From Candidatus Micrarchaeota archaeon (lineage in GTDB: Archaea > Micrarchaeota > Micrarchaeia > Anstonellales > Bilamarchaeaceae), in assembly GCA_014727975.1 (NCBI GenBank), contig WJMK01000040.1, forward strand, positions 1 through 61,634: DNA of 61,634 nt, read 5' to 3'. Of this stretch, positions 35,521-43,497 are shown piece by piece. The position numbers were made by a program, and so were the translations under genes. The notes below the pieces were generated by a model that was not told the origin of the DNA, ran no database searches, and was given only the letters and a program-made list of their open reading frames with translations. The stretch's first letter is position 1. Each line of letters opens with the position of its first letter.

Positions 35521-36405
35521 CTAGCAGTTAATGCCATCAATCCTGTAGCGGAGGCAGCAGCAGGAATATTCCTCACCTCCTGCCTCTATTTCCTTGTAGT
35601 GGTAAGCAGCAACTATTTCCTCGCAATCTTCTTCAGGCTCTAGCGGGTGCCCTTCTATGTATTCCACTGCTTCATCATAGCACTCCCCCTCGTCCATCCC
35701 GGAGCCAAGATAGACATTGTGGCCGATTGAAGGGCAGTACCTGCTGCAGTCCACAGGGCTGGAATCGCAGGAATCTCCCTGGCCGTCCAGGTCATGGTCG
35801 CTTTGCTTTGGGTTGGGGGTTTCAGGGCAGTTGTCTTCATCTCCGCAGACTCCGTCCGAATCCGCATCATTCTGCGGGTCGTTGGGGCAGGAGTCGCACT
35901 CATCTCCAATCCCATCAGAATCTGAATCCAGCTGTTCCCGGTTGCGGGTTCCTGGGCAGTTGTCTTCATTTCCGCAGATTCCGTCTGAATCCGCATCGTT
36001 CTGGAGGTCCAGGGGGCATTCATCGCAGGCATCCCCTTCCCCATCTGAATCCGAATCGTTTTGCCCAGGGTTGTAAACCTGGGGGCAGTTGTCGGACTCG
36101 TCCGGGATGCAGTCGTGGTCCTTGTCCGAGAAGGTTTTCACGCATTCGCAACCCATGCATTCAAAGCAGCCCGGGCAGAGGGTTTCGTTGCTTCCGGGGT
36201 CGCACTCCTCGCCATTGGAAAGGATGCCGTCCCCGCATGCCGGCTCGGTAATGGGGGTCTCTTCTGCTGAATCCATTGGGGGCTCTTCTGCAGGGGTTTC
36301 CTGAACTGGAGGGGCCTCGGCTGCAGGAGTAGCTTCCTCTGCAGGAACCAGGCTGCAGCACCCGGAAAAAAACAGGATTGCGAAGAGAAAAACAGGAAAT
36401 CTCAT
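35521..36405 (-). CDS. Lipoprotein with thrombospondin type-3 (Ca-binding) repeats
   Basis: Lipobox FFSGC and an acidic stalk, followed by iterated DxDxDGxxDxCDxCP units (NDSDSDGEGDACDECP, LDSDSDGIGDECDSCP, NDADSDGVCGDEDNCP). Confidence 0.75.
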   Translation of the reverse strand: MRFPVFLFAILFFSGCCSLVPAEEATPAAEAPPVQETPAEEPPMDSAEETPITEPACGDGILSNGEECDPGSNETLCPGCFECMGCECVKTFSDKDHDCIPDESDNCPQVYNPGQNDSDSDGEGDACDECPLDLQNDADSDGICGNEDNCPGTRNREQLDSDSDGIGDECDSCPNDPQNDADSDGVCGDEDNCPETPNPKQSDHDLDGQGDSCDSSPVDCSRYCPSIGHNVYLGSGMDEGECYDEAVEYIEGHPLEPEEDCEEIVAAYHYKEIEAGGEEYSCCCLRYRIDGINC

Positions 36406-36483
36406 ACTTTTTACAACAAGGTAACCTTTAATTGGATTTAGGAGAATAGATTAACTCATAATTCTAACAATTAAGTGATAAAA

Positions 36484-37719
36484 ATGGGATTTAGGAAAAT
36501 GGCGCTTAACGAAAAAACAATGAAGGCGCTGGAAGAGCTTGGGTATTACAAGCCGACGGAAGTGCAGCAGAAAGTTATTCCGCTTATACTGCAGGGAGAG
36601 AACCTTATTGTAAGGAGCCAGACAGGAACCGGAAAAACCGCAGCATTTGGAATCGGGCTGATTGAGCTCCTGGATGTGGAAAGGGAAAAGAAAGCCCTGG
36701 TGCTTGCTCCAACGCGTGAGCTTGCAGTGCAAATCTCGGAAGAGCTTAAGGGGATTGCTAAGGAGCACCACCACAAGATTGCAGTGGTGTATGGGGGGCA
36801 GAAAATAGATGTGCAGATCCGGGCGCTCCGGAAAGGGGTAGACATACTTATTGCAACCCCTGGGAGGCTTGTGGACCACTCGGAACGGGGAACCGTGAAC
36901 CTTTCCGAATACAGCATAGTTGTGCTCGATGAAGCAGACGAGATGCTGGACATGGGATTCAAGGATGAGATGGACAGGATAATGGGGCAGGTTCCAGAGA
37001 AAAGGACTGTGCTGCTTTTTTCTGCGACTTTGGACGAGCTTATCCTGGAACTGGCTTCGCATTACATAAAGGGGCCTGCAGAAACAATAGAGATAGGGGA
37101 AAAGGAGAGGGCCAAGCAAATCAAAGAAGATTTTGTCCAGGTATCCAGGAGAAAGAAGTTTGCAAATCTGAAGAGGATACTCGGGCAGGGGCAGTACAAA
37201 AAAGTCCTCATTTTCATGTCTACAAAGCGGGGGGTGGACTACCTTCATGAAAGGCTGAAGGAAAGCAGCTACAGGGCTGAAGCAATACACGGGGACATGA
37301 GCCAGGGGAGAAGGGAGCGTGTAATGAGTTCATTTAAATCCGGAAAAACCCATATACTTGTTGCATCCGATGTCGCTGCCCGGGGAATCCATGTTGAGGA
37401 CATTGAGCTGATTGTGAATTATGATGAAGCGCAGGATGCAGATACCCACCTGCACAGGGTAGGCAGGACGGGAAGGATGGGCAAGGAAGGGAAAGCAGTT
37501 ACCTTTATCGAGTCCAGGGAAGAGGAAGACAAAGACAGGAACAGGGATGACCACCCGGACTTTGCATGGATGAAAGGAGGAGGCGAGAGAAAGATGCCTC
37601 CGCGCGGAGAAAGGAGACGTGCCGGGGCTTCTGACCGGGACAGGAGGAGAAGGCCCCGCGCTCATGAGAAGAAGGGCCGCAGGAACTACGGGCCTGCAAA
37701 GAAAAAGCGCAGGAGATGA
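36484..37719 (+). CDS. DEAD-box ATP-dependent RNA helicase (second copy) with Arg-rich tail
   Basis: [15 protein letters not shown] and HRVGRTGR motifs. The start is ATG 36484 or 36499. Confidence 0.92.
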   Translation: MGFRKMALNEKTMKALEELGYYKPTEVQQKVIPLILQGENLIVRSQTGTGKTAAFGIGLIELLDVEREKKALVLAPTRELAVQISEELKGIAKEHHHKIAVVYGGQKIDVQIRALRKGVDILIATPGRLVDHSERGTVNLSEYSIVVLDEADEMLDMGFKDEMDRIMGQVPEKRTVLLFSATLDELILELASHYIKGPAETIEIGEKERAKQIKEDFVQVSRRKKFANLKRILGQGQYKKVLIFMSTKRGVDYLHERLKESSYRAEAIHGDMSQGRRERVMSSFKSGKTHILVASDVAARGIHVEDIELIVNYDEAQDADTHLHRVGRTGRMGKEGKAVTFIESREEEDKDRNRDDHPDFAWMKGGGERKMPPRGERRRAGASDRDRRRRPRAHEKKGRRNYGPAKKKRRR

Positions 37720-37723
37720 ATCC

Positions 37724-38122
37724 TTGGAAAAGACAGGGAAAACGGAAAAAGAATGGAAAGAGGACCTCTCCCCGGAGCAATACAAAGTGCTCAGGGAAAA
37801 AGGAACCGAAATACCATTTACCGGGAAGCTTCTGCACAATAAGGAAGACGGGGTTTATGTTTGCGCGGGCTGCGGGAACGAATTATTTTTATCAGAAGCC
37901 AAGTTTGACTCTGGAACAGGGTGGCCAAGCTTCTGGGACGTTGCTTCTGGAGAGAGCGTTGAGCTTAAGGAGGATGGTGTGTTGGGCATGAAAAGGGTTG
38001 AAGTTGCCTGCGCAAGCTGCGGCGGCCATCTGGGGCACTTGTTCGGGGACGGGCCAAAGCCCACCGGGAAAAGGTACTGCATAAATTCTGCTGCACTTGA
38101 ATTTAAAAAGAAGAAGAAATAA
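37724..38122 (+). CDS. msrB: Peptide methionine (R)-S-oxide reductase
   Basis: CAGCGNELF...GWPSF...[18 protein letters not shown] (SelR domain with two CxxC pairs). An in-frame TTG at 37724 follows the helicase stop directly. The upstream ATGs (37619, 37664) would overlap the helicase by 55-100 nt. Confidence 0.85.
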   Translation: MEKTGKTEKEWKEDLSPEQYKVLREKGTEIPFTGKLLHNKEDGVYVCAGCGNELFLSEAKFDSGTGWPSFWDVASGESVELKEDGVLGMKRVEVACASCGGHLGHLFGDGPKPTGKRYCINSAALEFKKKKK

Positions 38123-38126
38123 GCGG

Positions 38127-38717
38127 CTATTTCTCTATTGGGTAGCCTGCGGCTTCCCATGCTCCATAGTTGCCTTTTAGCCTGTAAACTTCTGTGAACC
38201 CAATCTCTGCCAGTTCGCCTGCTGCTGCAATTGAGACGCTGTCCGAATGGCAATAAACCAGGTAAGGAACATGCGGGTCCCATCCCTGGTAAGCTTCGGA
38301 GAATGTGCCGTCTCCGTATGGATGGTTGACTGCGCCTGGAAGATGCCCCTGCGCATATGAATTTGAAACATCCACTACAATTAGGTTGGGGCTCATATTG
38401 ATTAGCTCGTATGCTGCCTCGGGGGTCACATCAATGTACTCTGCGGGCATAAGGCCTTCATGCTCAGGAACCTGCTCCGGCTCTCCGGAATCCTCTTCGC
38501 CACTGGCATTTTCCTGGGGAATATGCTCCTCCTGGGGGATGCCGGGGACCTCCTGCTGAGGCTCCTCCCCAAGCGTTTCATCTTCAACTACGCAATCCTC
38601 AATGTCAAGGACTTTTCTCCCATCCGGGCAGACATAGTATTCTGTTTCCTCTTCGGATATGCACCCGAAGGAAGCGGCAAGGAGGAACCCAAGGAAAAGC
38701 AAAACGATCTTTTTCAT
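38127..38717 (-). CDS. Rhodanese-domain lipoprotein with acidic stalk
   Basis: Lipobox ASFGC. The rhodanese fold is LIVVDV....Y..GHLPGAVN with active-site loop YCHSDSVS. Confidence 0.75.
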   Translation of the reverse strand: MKKIVLLFLGFLLAASFGCISEEETEYYVCPDGRKVLDIEDCVVEDETLGEEPQQEVPGIPQEEHIPQENASGEEDSGEPEQVPEHEGLMPAEYIDVTPEAAYELINMSPNLIVVDVSNSYAQGHLPGAVNHPYGDGTFSEAYQGWDPHVPYLVYCHSDSVSIAAAGELAEIGFTEVYRLKGNYGAWEAAGYPIEK

Positions 38718-38748
38718 GGGTAAGGGTTAGGGTAGAACCTATTTAAAT

Positions 38749-39408
38749 TTAGCCTATGCGGAACGGGAAAATAAGCTCTTCTCCCTCCACTCCATTGCGG
38801 TCGTATGCAACGTAGATGGTCCCGGTGGTGTTGCGCCCGCTTGCCTCAAACCAGACATCCCCTGAGCTTGATTGGTTTGGGAGAAGGTAGCTCTGGAGTA
38901 TAAGGTCGTTTTTGTTGGCGCAATAAAGCACATCAAACTCGGAGGCTGTGCGCTTCTTCCCTTCTGAATCAAAGAGCGTGAAATGGGAGGGGGCAAAATA
39001 CTCTTTCTGTGTTCCGGTATTTTCTGCCTCTATATGGAACACAAGGAAATAACCGCGGAAATCCGTCCAGTTCATGAAATCAAATGTGCAGTTTTTTTCC
39101 TTAAGGAAAGTAACGTTGAGCTCCATGCCTTTGCTTGGGGCCGTTGTATTGGGCTGGGCAAAATTGCACCCATAGTCCTCAAGCTCCCCGAATCCGTCCG
39201 GGCACTCCATTGGCTCTTCAGGATGGGTTTCTTTTTCCTGGGGAGGGAGTTCTTCTTCAGGGATTGCTTGCTGCTGGCCGAGCACTTCTTCGGCTTCTTC
39301 TGGCTGGATTTCTGCAAGTTCCTGGGGCCCTTCTGGCTGGGAAAAGCTGCAGCACCCTGAAAACAGGAATAGCAAAAAGAGCAGGGGAATTGCAGCTGCA
39401 CGGGTCAT
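38749..39408 (-). CDS. Lipoprotein, DUF4352-like beta-sandwich
   Basis: Lipobox LFSGC and an acidic stalk, with YFLVFHIEAENTGTQKEYF..SHFTLFDSEGKK. The ATG at 39408 overlaps the upstream stop as ATGA; ATG 39417 is the alternative. Confidence 0.45.
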   Translation of the reverse strand: MTRAAAIPLLFLLFLFSGCCSFSQPEGPQELAEIQPEEAEEVLGQQQAIPEEELPPQEKETHPEEPMECPDGFGELEDYGCNFAQPNTTAPSKGMELNVTFLKEKNCTFDFMNWTDFRGYFLVFHIEAENTGTQKEYFAPSHFTLFDSEGKKRTASEFDVLYCANKNDLILQSYLLPNQSSSGDVWFEASGRNTTGTIYVAYDRNGVEGEELIFPFRIG

Positions 39409-40412
39409 TTGCCCCATCCGGGAACGTATTCTTCCCTGAACATCTGGGCAGTGAGCACAAAAATGGAAATCAGGAGGGGCCCTATTATGATTCCTGTGAC
39501 GCCAAAGTATGCAACCCCGATAATGAGCCCGACTATTGAAACAAATGGGTGGATGCTGCCTATCCGCTTCTGCACCAGCTGCCTCACATACCCATCGAAA
39601 ATGTAGCTCAGGAATGCGCCCCAGAGCATCAGGGCGGCAGCAACTACATAATGCCCTCCGAATATATAGTAAATGCCTGCGGGAATCCAGATAATCTGTA
39701 TCCCTATTACAGGGATTATTGCAGTAAGGGTTCCCAGAACTCCCCAGAATATTATGTTTTCAGCACCTGCAAGGTAAAGCCCTGCAGCAAGGAGCACCCC
39801 GATTACCACAGCAACTGCGCCATTTGTTATGAACGTGGCATTTATTATGTTGTAGAACTCAGATGCAAGCTTCTCGGAGTTCTTTTTGTTGAATGGAATT
39901 ATTGAGCGCATAAGGGAAGATGCGGCCCTGTTCTCAGTAAGCAGGTAATAGAGTATAAGGTACATCACCACCAGGTTTATGGAAATATTTGTAATTACGT
40001 CCAGCGCAAGCAGGGAAATCCCTGTTGCAAAATTGGAAATCTCCAGGATGTGCTCCTCAAAAAGCTTCTCCAGGTTTATTGTTTCCTTTTCCACAGGGAA
40101 ATAGGAAAGCAGAGTATTCAGGTTGCCTGGCTCCTGCAGGAAAGTTGCAATATCAACAACAGCAAAATAGAAAAGCACCAGGATGGGGAGCACAATAAGG
40201 ATAAATGAAAAAAGGAGGACTGTTATTGCAGAAAGCATCTTCCTGTTGAGCCGTTTGTTGAGCTTCAGGTAGATTGGCTTGAGCAGCACATAAAGGATAG
40301 CGGCACCTGAAATCCCCAGGAGCAGGGGCATTGCCGCATAGAAAAAGAAGAGGGCGAAAAGGAGCAGTATGACCAGGGCAAGGTATTTTTTCTCTTTTGC
40401 AGCTTCCTTCAT
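39405..40412 (-). CDS. AI-2E/PerM-family transporter
   Basis: About 8 TM helices with typical PerM family topology. The start was set to ATG 40412 from TATA spacing. Confidence 0.75.
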   Translation of the reverse strand: MKEAAKEKKYLALVILLLFALFFFYAAMPLLLGISGAAILYVLLKPIYLKLNKRLNRKMLSAITVLLFSFILIVLPILVLFYFAVVDIATFLQEPGNLNTLLSYFPVEKETINLEKLFEEHILEISNFATGISLLALDVITNISINLVVMYLILYYLLTENRAASSLMRSIIPFNKKNSEKLASEFYNIINATFITNGAVAVVIGVLLAAGLYLAGAENIIFWGVLGTLTAIIPVIGIQIIWIPAGIYYIFGGHYVVAAALMLWGAFLSYIFDGYVRQLVQKRIGSIHPFVSIVGLIIGVAYFGVTGIIIGPLLISIFVLTAQMFREEYVPGWGK

Positions 40413-40421
40413 GGAGCAAGA

Positions 40422-40760
40422 ATGCAAATAAGATTTATAAATATAGGGGGGTTAGTAGCTTTGGTGGTCCGTTTGGCTAAAAAGAAAGGCTCTAAAAAGA
40501 AACCAAAAAAGAAAGAGAAGAAAATAGAGGATATTGCGCATTCGCTGGAAAAGAGCCCTGCGGTGTGCAAGCTCAGTGCTGAAGAAAAGGAATTTGCAGA
40601 AAGGATGGAAAAGGTCACTAAAAAAATTGACCATGTGCTTTCCGCAAATGAGGAAGTGCAGGTGCTGAAAAAAGAAATAAAGGAAAAGCCGCTCACCTAT
40701 GCTGCCCTTGCATTCACTGCGGGGGTTGCACTGTGTGCGCTTCTAAAAGGGAGGCATTAA
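40422..40760 (+). CDS. Tail-anchored DUF883/ElaB-like protein (true start probably near 40461-40473)
   Basis: Lys-rich N-terminus, a helical middle, and a C-terminal anchor KEKPLTYAALAFTAGVALCALLKGRH as in the YqjD/ElaB family. The TATA box lies inside the annotated 5' end. Confidence 0.35.
   Translation: MQIRFINIGGLVALVVRLAKKKGSKKKPKKKEKKIEDIAHSLEKSPAVCKLSAEEKEFAERMEKVTKKIDHVLSANEEVQVLKKEIKEKPLTYAALAFTAGVALCALLKGRH
40432..40447. promoter_or_regulatory. Palindromic TATA box (tttataaata) serving divergent genes
   Basis: The box is centred about 27 nt from ATG 40412 (-) and about 22-34 nt from the in-frame TTG/GTG/TTG codons at 40461/40464/40473 (+). Confidence 0.5.
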
Positions 40761-40761
40761 G

Positions 40762-41136
40762 ATGATTGAGGAGATTTTGAAGGGAATCCTTATCCCTGTG
40801 TCCAAGACGTATGTAAACACCATGGTGGATGAGGCAACCAACAGGCTGGATGAAAATGTGGACAGGATTATGGACAAGGCGAGCGTGAAGCTGAACGAAA
40901 TGACGCTTAGGAGCGCGCATATCGTAAAGGAGCTTGTCCCGCCCATCCTGTACAGCGCGCTTTTTTCCGGTGCAGGGATGCTGATTCTTGTGCTCGGGGC
41001 CAGCGCATACATAGATTCCGTGCTCATGGTTGAGGGCGCCGGCTTTGTAATTGGCGGTGTATTTCTCCTGCTTGTAGGCGGCTATTACAAAATGCAGCTG
41101 GACAAGGCAATGGAAAAAATAGAGGAATTACACTGA
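40762..41136 (+). CDS. Two-TM membrane protein, YqjE/holin-superfamily-III-like
   Basis: It starts 2 nt after the previous stop. An amphipathic N-terminal helix is followed by two Gly-rich TM helices. Confidence 0.35.
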   Translation: MIEEILKGILIPVSKTYVNTMVDEATNRLDENVDRIMDKASVKLNEMTLRSAHIVKELVPPILYSALFSGAGMLILVLGASAYIDSVLMVEGAGFVIGGVFLLLVGGYYKMQLDKAMEKIEELH

Positions 41137-41294
41137 TTCCTTTATTCCCCATTTTTTCATTAATTCTTTTGCTTCTTTTTCGAAACAGTCGATTACGTAT
41201 TCTTCGTATTCTGTCATGTTGGCCACCGGTATTGGCACAAATTTAACTTTAAAAAGAACTCGGATGCGGGGCCCTTCCGGTGTTTCCGGTGTTA

Positions 41295-41368
41295 TGCCCT
41301 TATGGGGATTCGAACCCCAGTTCCAGGCTCCGGAAGCCCGTGTCCTGTCCAGGCTAGACTATAAGGGC
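41295..41368 (-). tRNA. tRNA-Arg (anticodon CCG)
   Basis: Manual cloverleaf: acceptor GCCCTTA/TAAGGGC, D stem GTCT/GGAC, anticodon stem CGGGC/GCCTG with loop TTCCGGA, and T arm TGGGG-TTCGAAT-CCCCA. The discriminator is A and no CCA is encoded. Confidence 0.9.
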
Positions 41369-41525
41369 TGGCAATATGTGGTCGGAAAAAGAATCGGCCA
41401 CATGTTGACAATGGCAATCCGTAGTGAGGACGACGAAGTCGCTATTCCCGAGCTACGGGTTGGCTAGGGCATAGGGGGAATATAGAGTATGAAAGGAATT
41501 TTAACCTTGAGCTTGAGAAAGGCCC

Positions 41526-42236
41526 ATGGCGCTTTTTGGTGGAAAGACTGCCCTCATAACCGGGGGAGGAAGGGGAATAGGAAAAGAGATTGCACTAATG
41601 CTTGCAAGGAACGGCGCGGATGTGGCAGTTGCCGCGCGCACAAAAAAGGAGCTGGAGAAAACCGCAAAGGAGATTGAACGGCTGGGGAGGGAATCGCTTG
41701 TTATAAAAACGGACCTCGCAAAGGACAAAGACATAAAGAAGATGTATTCAGGGTTCATGAAGAAATTCGGGAAACTGGACATGCTCTTCAATAATGCAGG
41801 GGTTCTTTTTAGCGGGGAATTTGCAAAAAGCAGCCTCAGGCAGGCAGACATGATGATTGATGTGAATTTCAGGGGTACGGTGCGCTCAACCCACGAGGCC
41901 CTGAAGCACATGAAAAACGGGGGAATAATAATAAATACTGCTTCGGTTGCGGGGCTGAATGCATATCCCACTCTCGCGGTTTATTCTGCAACAAAGTTTG
42001 CAGTGGTTGGCTTTACCCAGGCAGTTGCGCAGGAGGCCCAAGAAAAGGGGATACGTGTTTACTCGGTGTGTCCGGGCGCAACAAAAACAAAAATGTTTGA
42101 CAAGGTTTACCCGGGGCAAAATGCAGAATATACTCCTGGGGAAGTTGCAGAAGAAGTGCTGGAGATGATCAGGAGCAAAACGCTCAAGCCAGGGTCAGCA
42201 GTGGTGGTAAAGCACCACAAAAAGCAGAAAAAGTGA
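41526..42236 (+). CDS. Short-chain dehydrogenase/reductase (FabG-like)
   Basis: TGGGRGIGKEIA, NNAGV and the catalytic YSATKFAV motif. Confidence 0.9.
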   Translation: MALFGGKTALITGGGRGIGKEIALMLARNGADVAVAARTKKELEKTAKEIERLGRESLVIKTDLAKDKDIKKMYSGFMKKFGKLDMLFNNAGVLFSGEFAKSSLRQADMMIDVNFRGTVRSTHEALKHMKNGGIIINTASVAGLNAYPTLAVYSATKFAVVGFTQAVAQEAQEKGIRVYSVCPGATKTKMFDKVYPGQNAEYTPGEVAEEVLEMIRSKTLKPGSAVVVKHHKKQKK

Positions 42237-42239
42237 GAT

Positions 42240-42450
42240 GCACACTCTGGACTCGGTCGGAAATGCATAGAGCAAACCGGTACGAACCTAACCCATCAGT
42301 TTACTTCAAGCACAACCACGCTATTAATCTACATGCCGCGCCCAGGTTTCATATGGTGAGTCGCAGGTCCAGCCACCATATTATTGGCCGTAGCAAGGCA
42401 GAGGTATCAACAACGTACCTTTTTCCAAGGCACCCGAATTGTCCGTGTGC
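42240..42450 (+). ncRNA. Candidate structured RNA, element A (identity unknown; strand inferred)
   Basis: The ends pair as a rod: GCACAC 42240-45/GTGTGC 42445-50, GGAC 42249-52/GTCC 42441-44, TCGG 42253-56/CCGA 42434-37, GGAAA 42259-63/TTTCC 42422-26 and GGTACG 42279-84/CGTACC 42414-19. There is also an internal 8-bp hairpin, ATATGGTG 42351-58/CACCATAT 42374-81. Confidence 0.35.
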
Positions 42451-42524
42451 AAAAATAGTTCATTAAGCAAGGAATAAAAGCACTCCTACAAAAAAATTGG
42501 TTACAGACGTGAAAAACAAGGCAA

Positions 42525-42538
42525 AAAAATATATTTTT
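42525..42538. promoter_or_regulatory. Perfect A/T palindrome (AAAAATATATTTTT), TATA-like, upstream of element B
   Basis: It lies in the middle of a 570-bp gene-free region, about 25 nt upstream of GCATGCAAGAGG (42551). Confidence 0.35.
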
Positions 42539-42552
42539 AGAATTTATTTTGC

Positions 42553-42730
42553 ATGCAAGAGGAAGAAGCACCACACTTTTGACTCGGCAGGAAATGTGCA
42601 CAAGCACATAACCTTGCGGCAGGCAGCAAAGCAGGGGACGGATGTCGCAGGTCCACCTTTTCCGTGCCCATAAGCGCCATGCCCGGAAGCCGCATGCCTC
42701 TCCCAAGCCCAGCCTGCTTAAAAAGCAGGG
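42553..42730 (+). ncRNA. Candidate RNA, element B, sharing motifs with element A
   Basis: It shares CACACTtTtGACTCGGcaGGAAATG (42572-96 against 42241-64), GTCGCAGGTCCA (42644-55 against 42360-71) and ACCTTTTCC. It ends in a 7-bp hairpin, CCTGCTT-aaa-AAGCAGG (42713-29). Confidence 0.25.
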
Positions 42731-42807
42731 GGCAGCAGCCGGATTGCCAGTGCAATAAAAATAATCTCAATATAGGGATTTAAGTGTTGTTACAAAAAAT
42801 TTGGTAG

Positions 42808-43422
42808 TTACTCTGCACTGTTCTGGAACACATAAATAATTCTCTGCAGCACAGTGATTGCTGAAAGTATTACCGCAATTATGATTGCCCCCACAAAATA
42901 ATCCATGGAAATTACTATTCCTGCTGCAAGGCCTGCAGTAATAATCAGGAGGCGCTCGGAGCGCTCAAAAAGCCCTCCCATCTTCTTTGCATTTTTATTT
43001 GTAATGACTCCGTGGTGGTCTGCATATGAGCGCACAAAAGAAGGCATGCATGTCCCAAGGAATACAAGGGAGGCAAGCCAGATTTTTGGGTCTATCATTA
43101 TCTCGGGGAGCGGGTAAAACATGAATGCAAAAAGGAAAAGCGCTTCCATGAGCCTGTCAGAAACCCCGTCCAGGAAGCCCCCGAATTTCGTGGACTCCTT
43201 TCTTGCGCGGGCAACTGCTCCATCAACCATGTCCAGTGCCCCCCCAAGCACAAAAAGCACGAGCCCAAAGGCAAGGTCCTGCATCAATGAGATTGCAAAT
43301 GCGCCCATTACCCCAAGGATCAATGCAAGGACTGTCCAGTGGTTGGGGCGCAGGGGGACAAATGCAAGCATCTGCCCGACCTTTTCCTGGATTCCTTTTG
43401 AAGAAGATTTTTGCTTTAGCAT
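42808..43422 (-). CDS. CDP-alcohol phosphatidyltransferase (archaetidyl-inositol-phosphate/serine synthase-like)
   Basis: D-G-x2-A-R-x8-G-x3-D-x3-D signature: DMVDGAVARARKESTKFGGFLDGVSDRL. Confidence 0.85.
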   Translation of the reverse strand: MLKQKSSSKGIQEKVGQMLAFVPLRPNHWTVLALILGVMGAFAISLMQDLAFGLVLFVLGGALDMVDGAVARARKESTKFGGFLDGVSDRLMEALFLFAFMFYPLPEIMIDPKIWLASLVFLGTCMPSFVRSYADHHGVITNKNAKKMGGLFERSERLLIITAGLAAGIVISMDYFVGAIIIAVILSAITVLQRIIYVFQNSAE

Positions 43423-43497
43423 TGAGCTCCTCCCGCCATACTAAAGAAGGCAAATAATAAAAATACTGGAGGTTGCTGTACTTGCTGAAAGAACATT

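Noticed and set aside
36451-37290. Long antisense ORF (279 aa) opposite the DEAD-box helicase gene. Similar antisense ORFs occur at 6198..6737, 16562..17281, 9320..10060, 28681..29364, 29773..30246, 31620..32348 and 47289..47966.
   Set aside because: Each lies entirely opposite a gene with strong motif support. Their translations are low-complexity (Ser/Leu/Phe/Ala-rich) with no motifs. Purine-rich sense strands naturally leave the antisense frame free of stops.
41128-41217. 29-codon minus-strand ORF (MTEYEEYVIDCFEKEAKELMKKWGIKESV) just downstream of tRNA-Arg.
   Set aside because: The composition is plausible. However, it is too short to support without conservation or expression data, it overlaps the 3' end of 40762..41136, and it has no obvious promoter.
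42240-42730. Elements A and B as SRP RNA, RNase P RNA, or a DGR template/variable repeat pair.
   Set aside because: GCAGGUCC and AGCAAGGCAG in A faintly recall SRP helix 8, but no GNRA-capped helix 8 can be drawn. No RNase P CR-I or CR-V-like motifs (GAGGAAAGUCC, GGCUUA context) are present. There is no reverse transcriptase nearby, and neither copy lies in a coding region, so a DGR is unlikely. The identity is left open.
42233-42770. ORFs 42233..42466 (+), 42407..42706 (-) and 42537..42770 (-) as protein-coding genes.
   Set aside because: Their translations are Cys/His/Arg-rich with no motifs and no TATA box at the right distance. The region is better explained by base-paired RNA structure.
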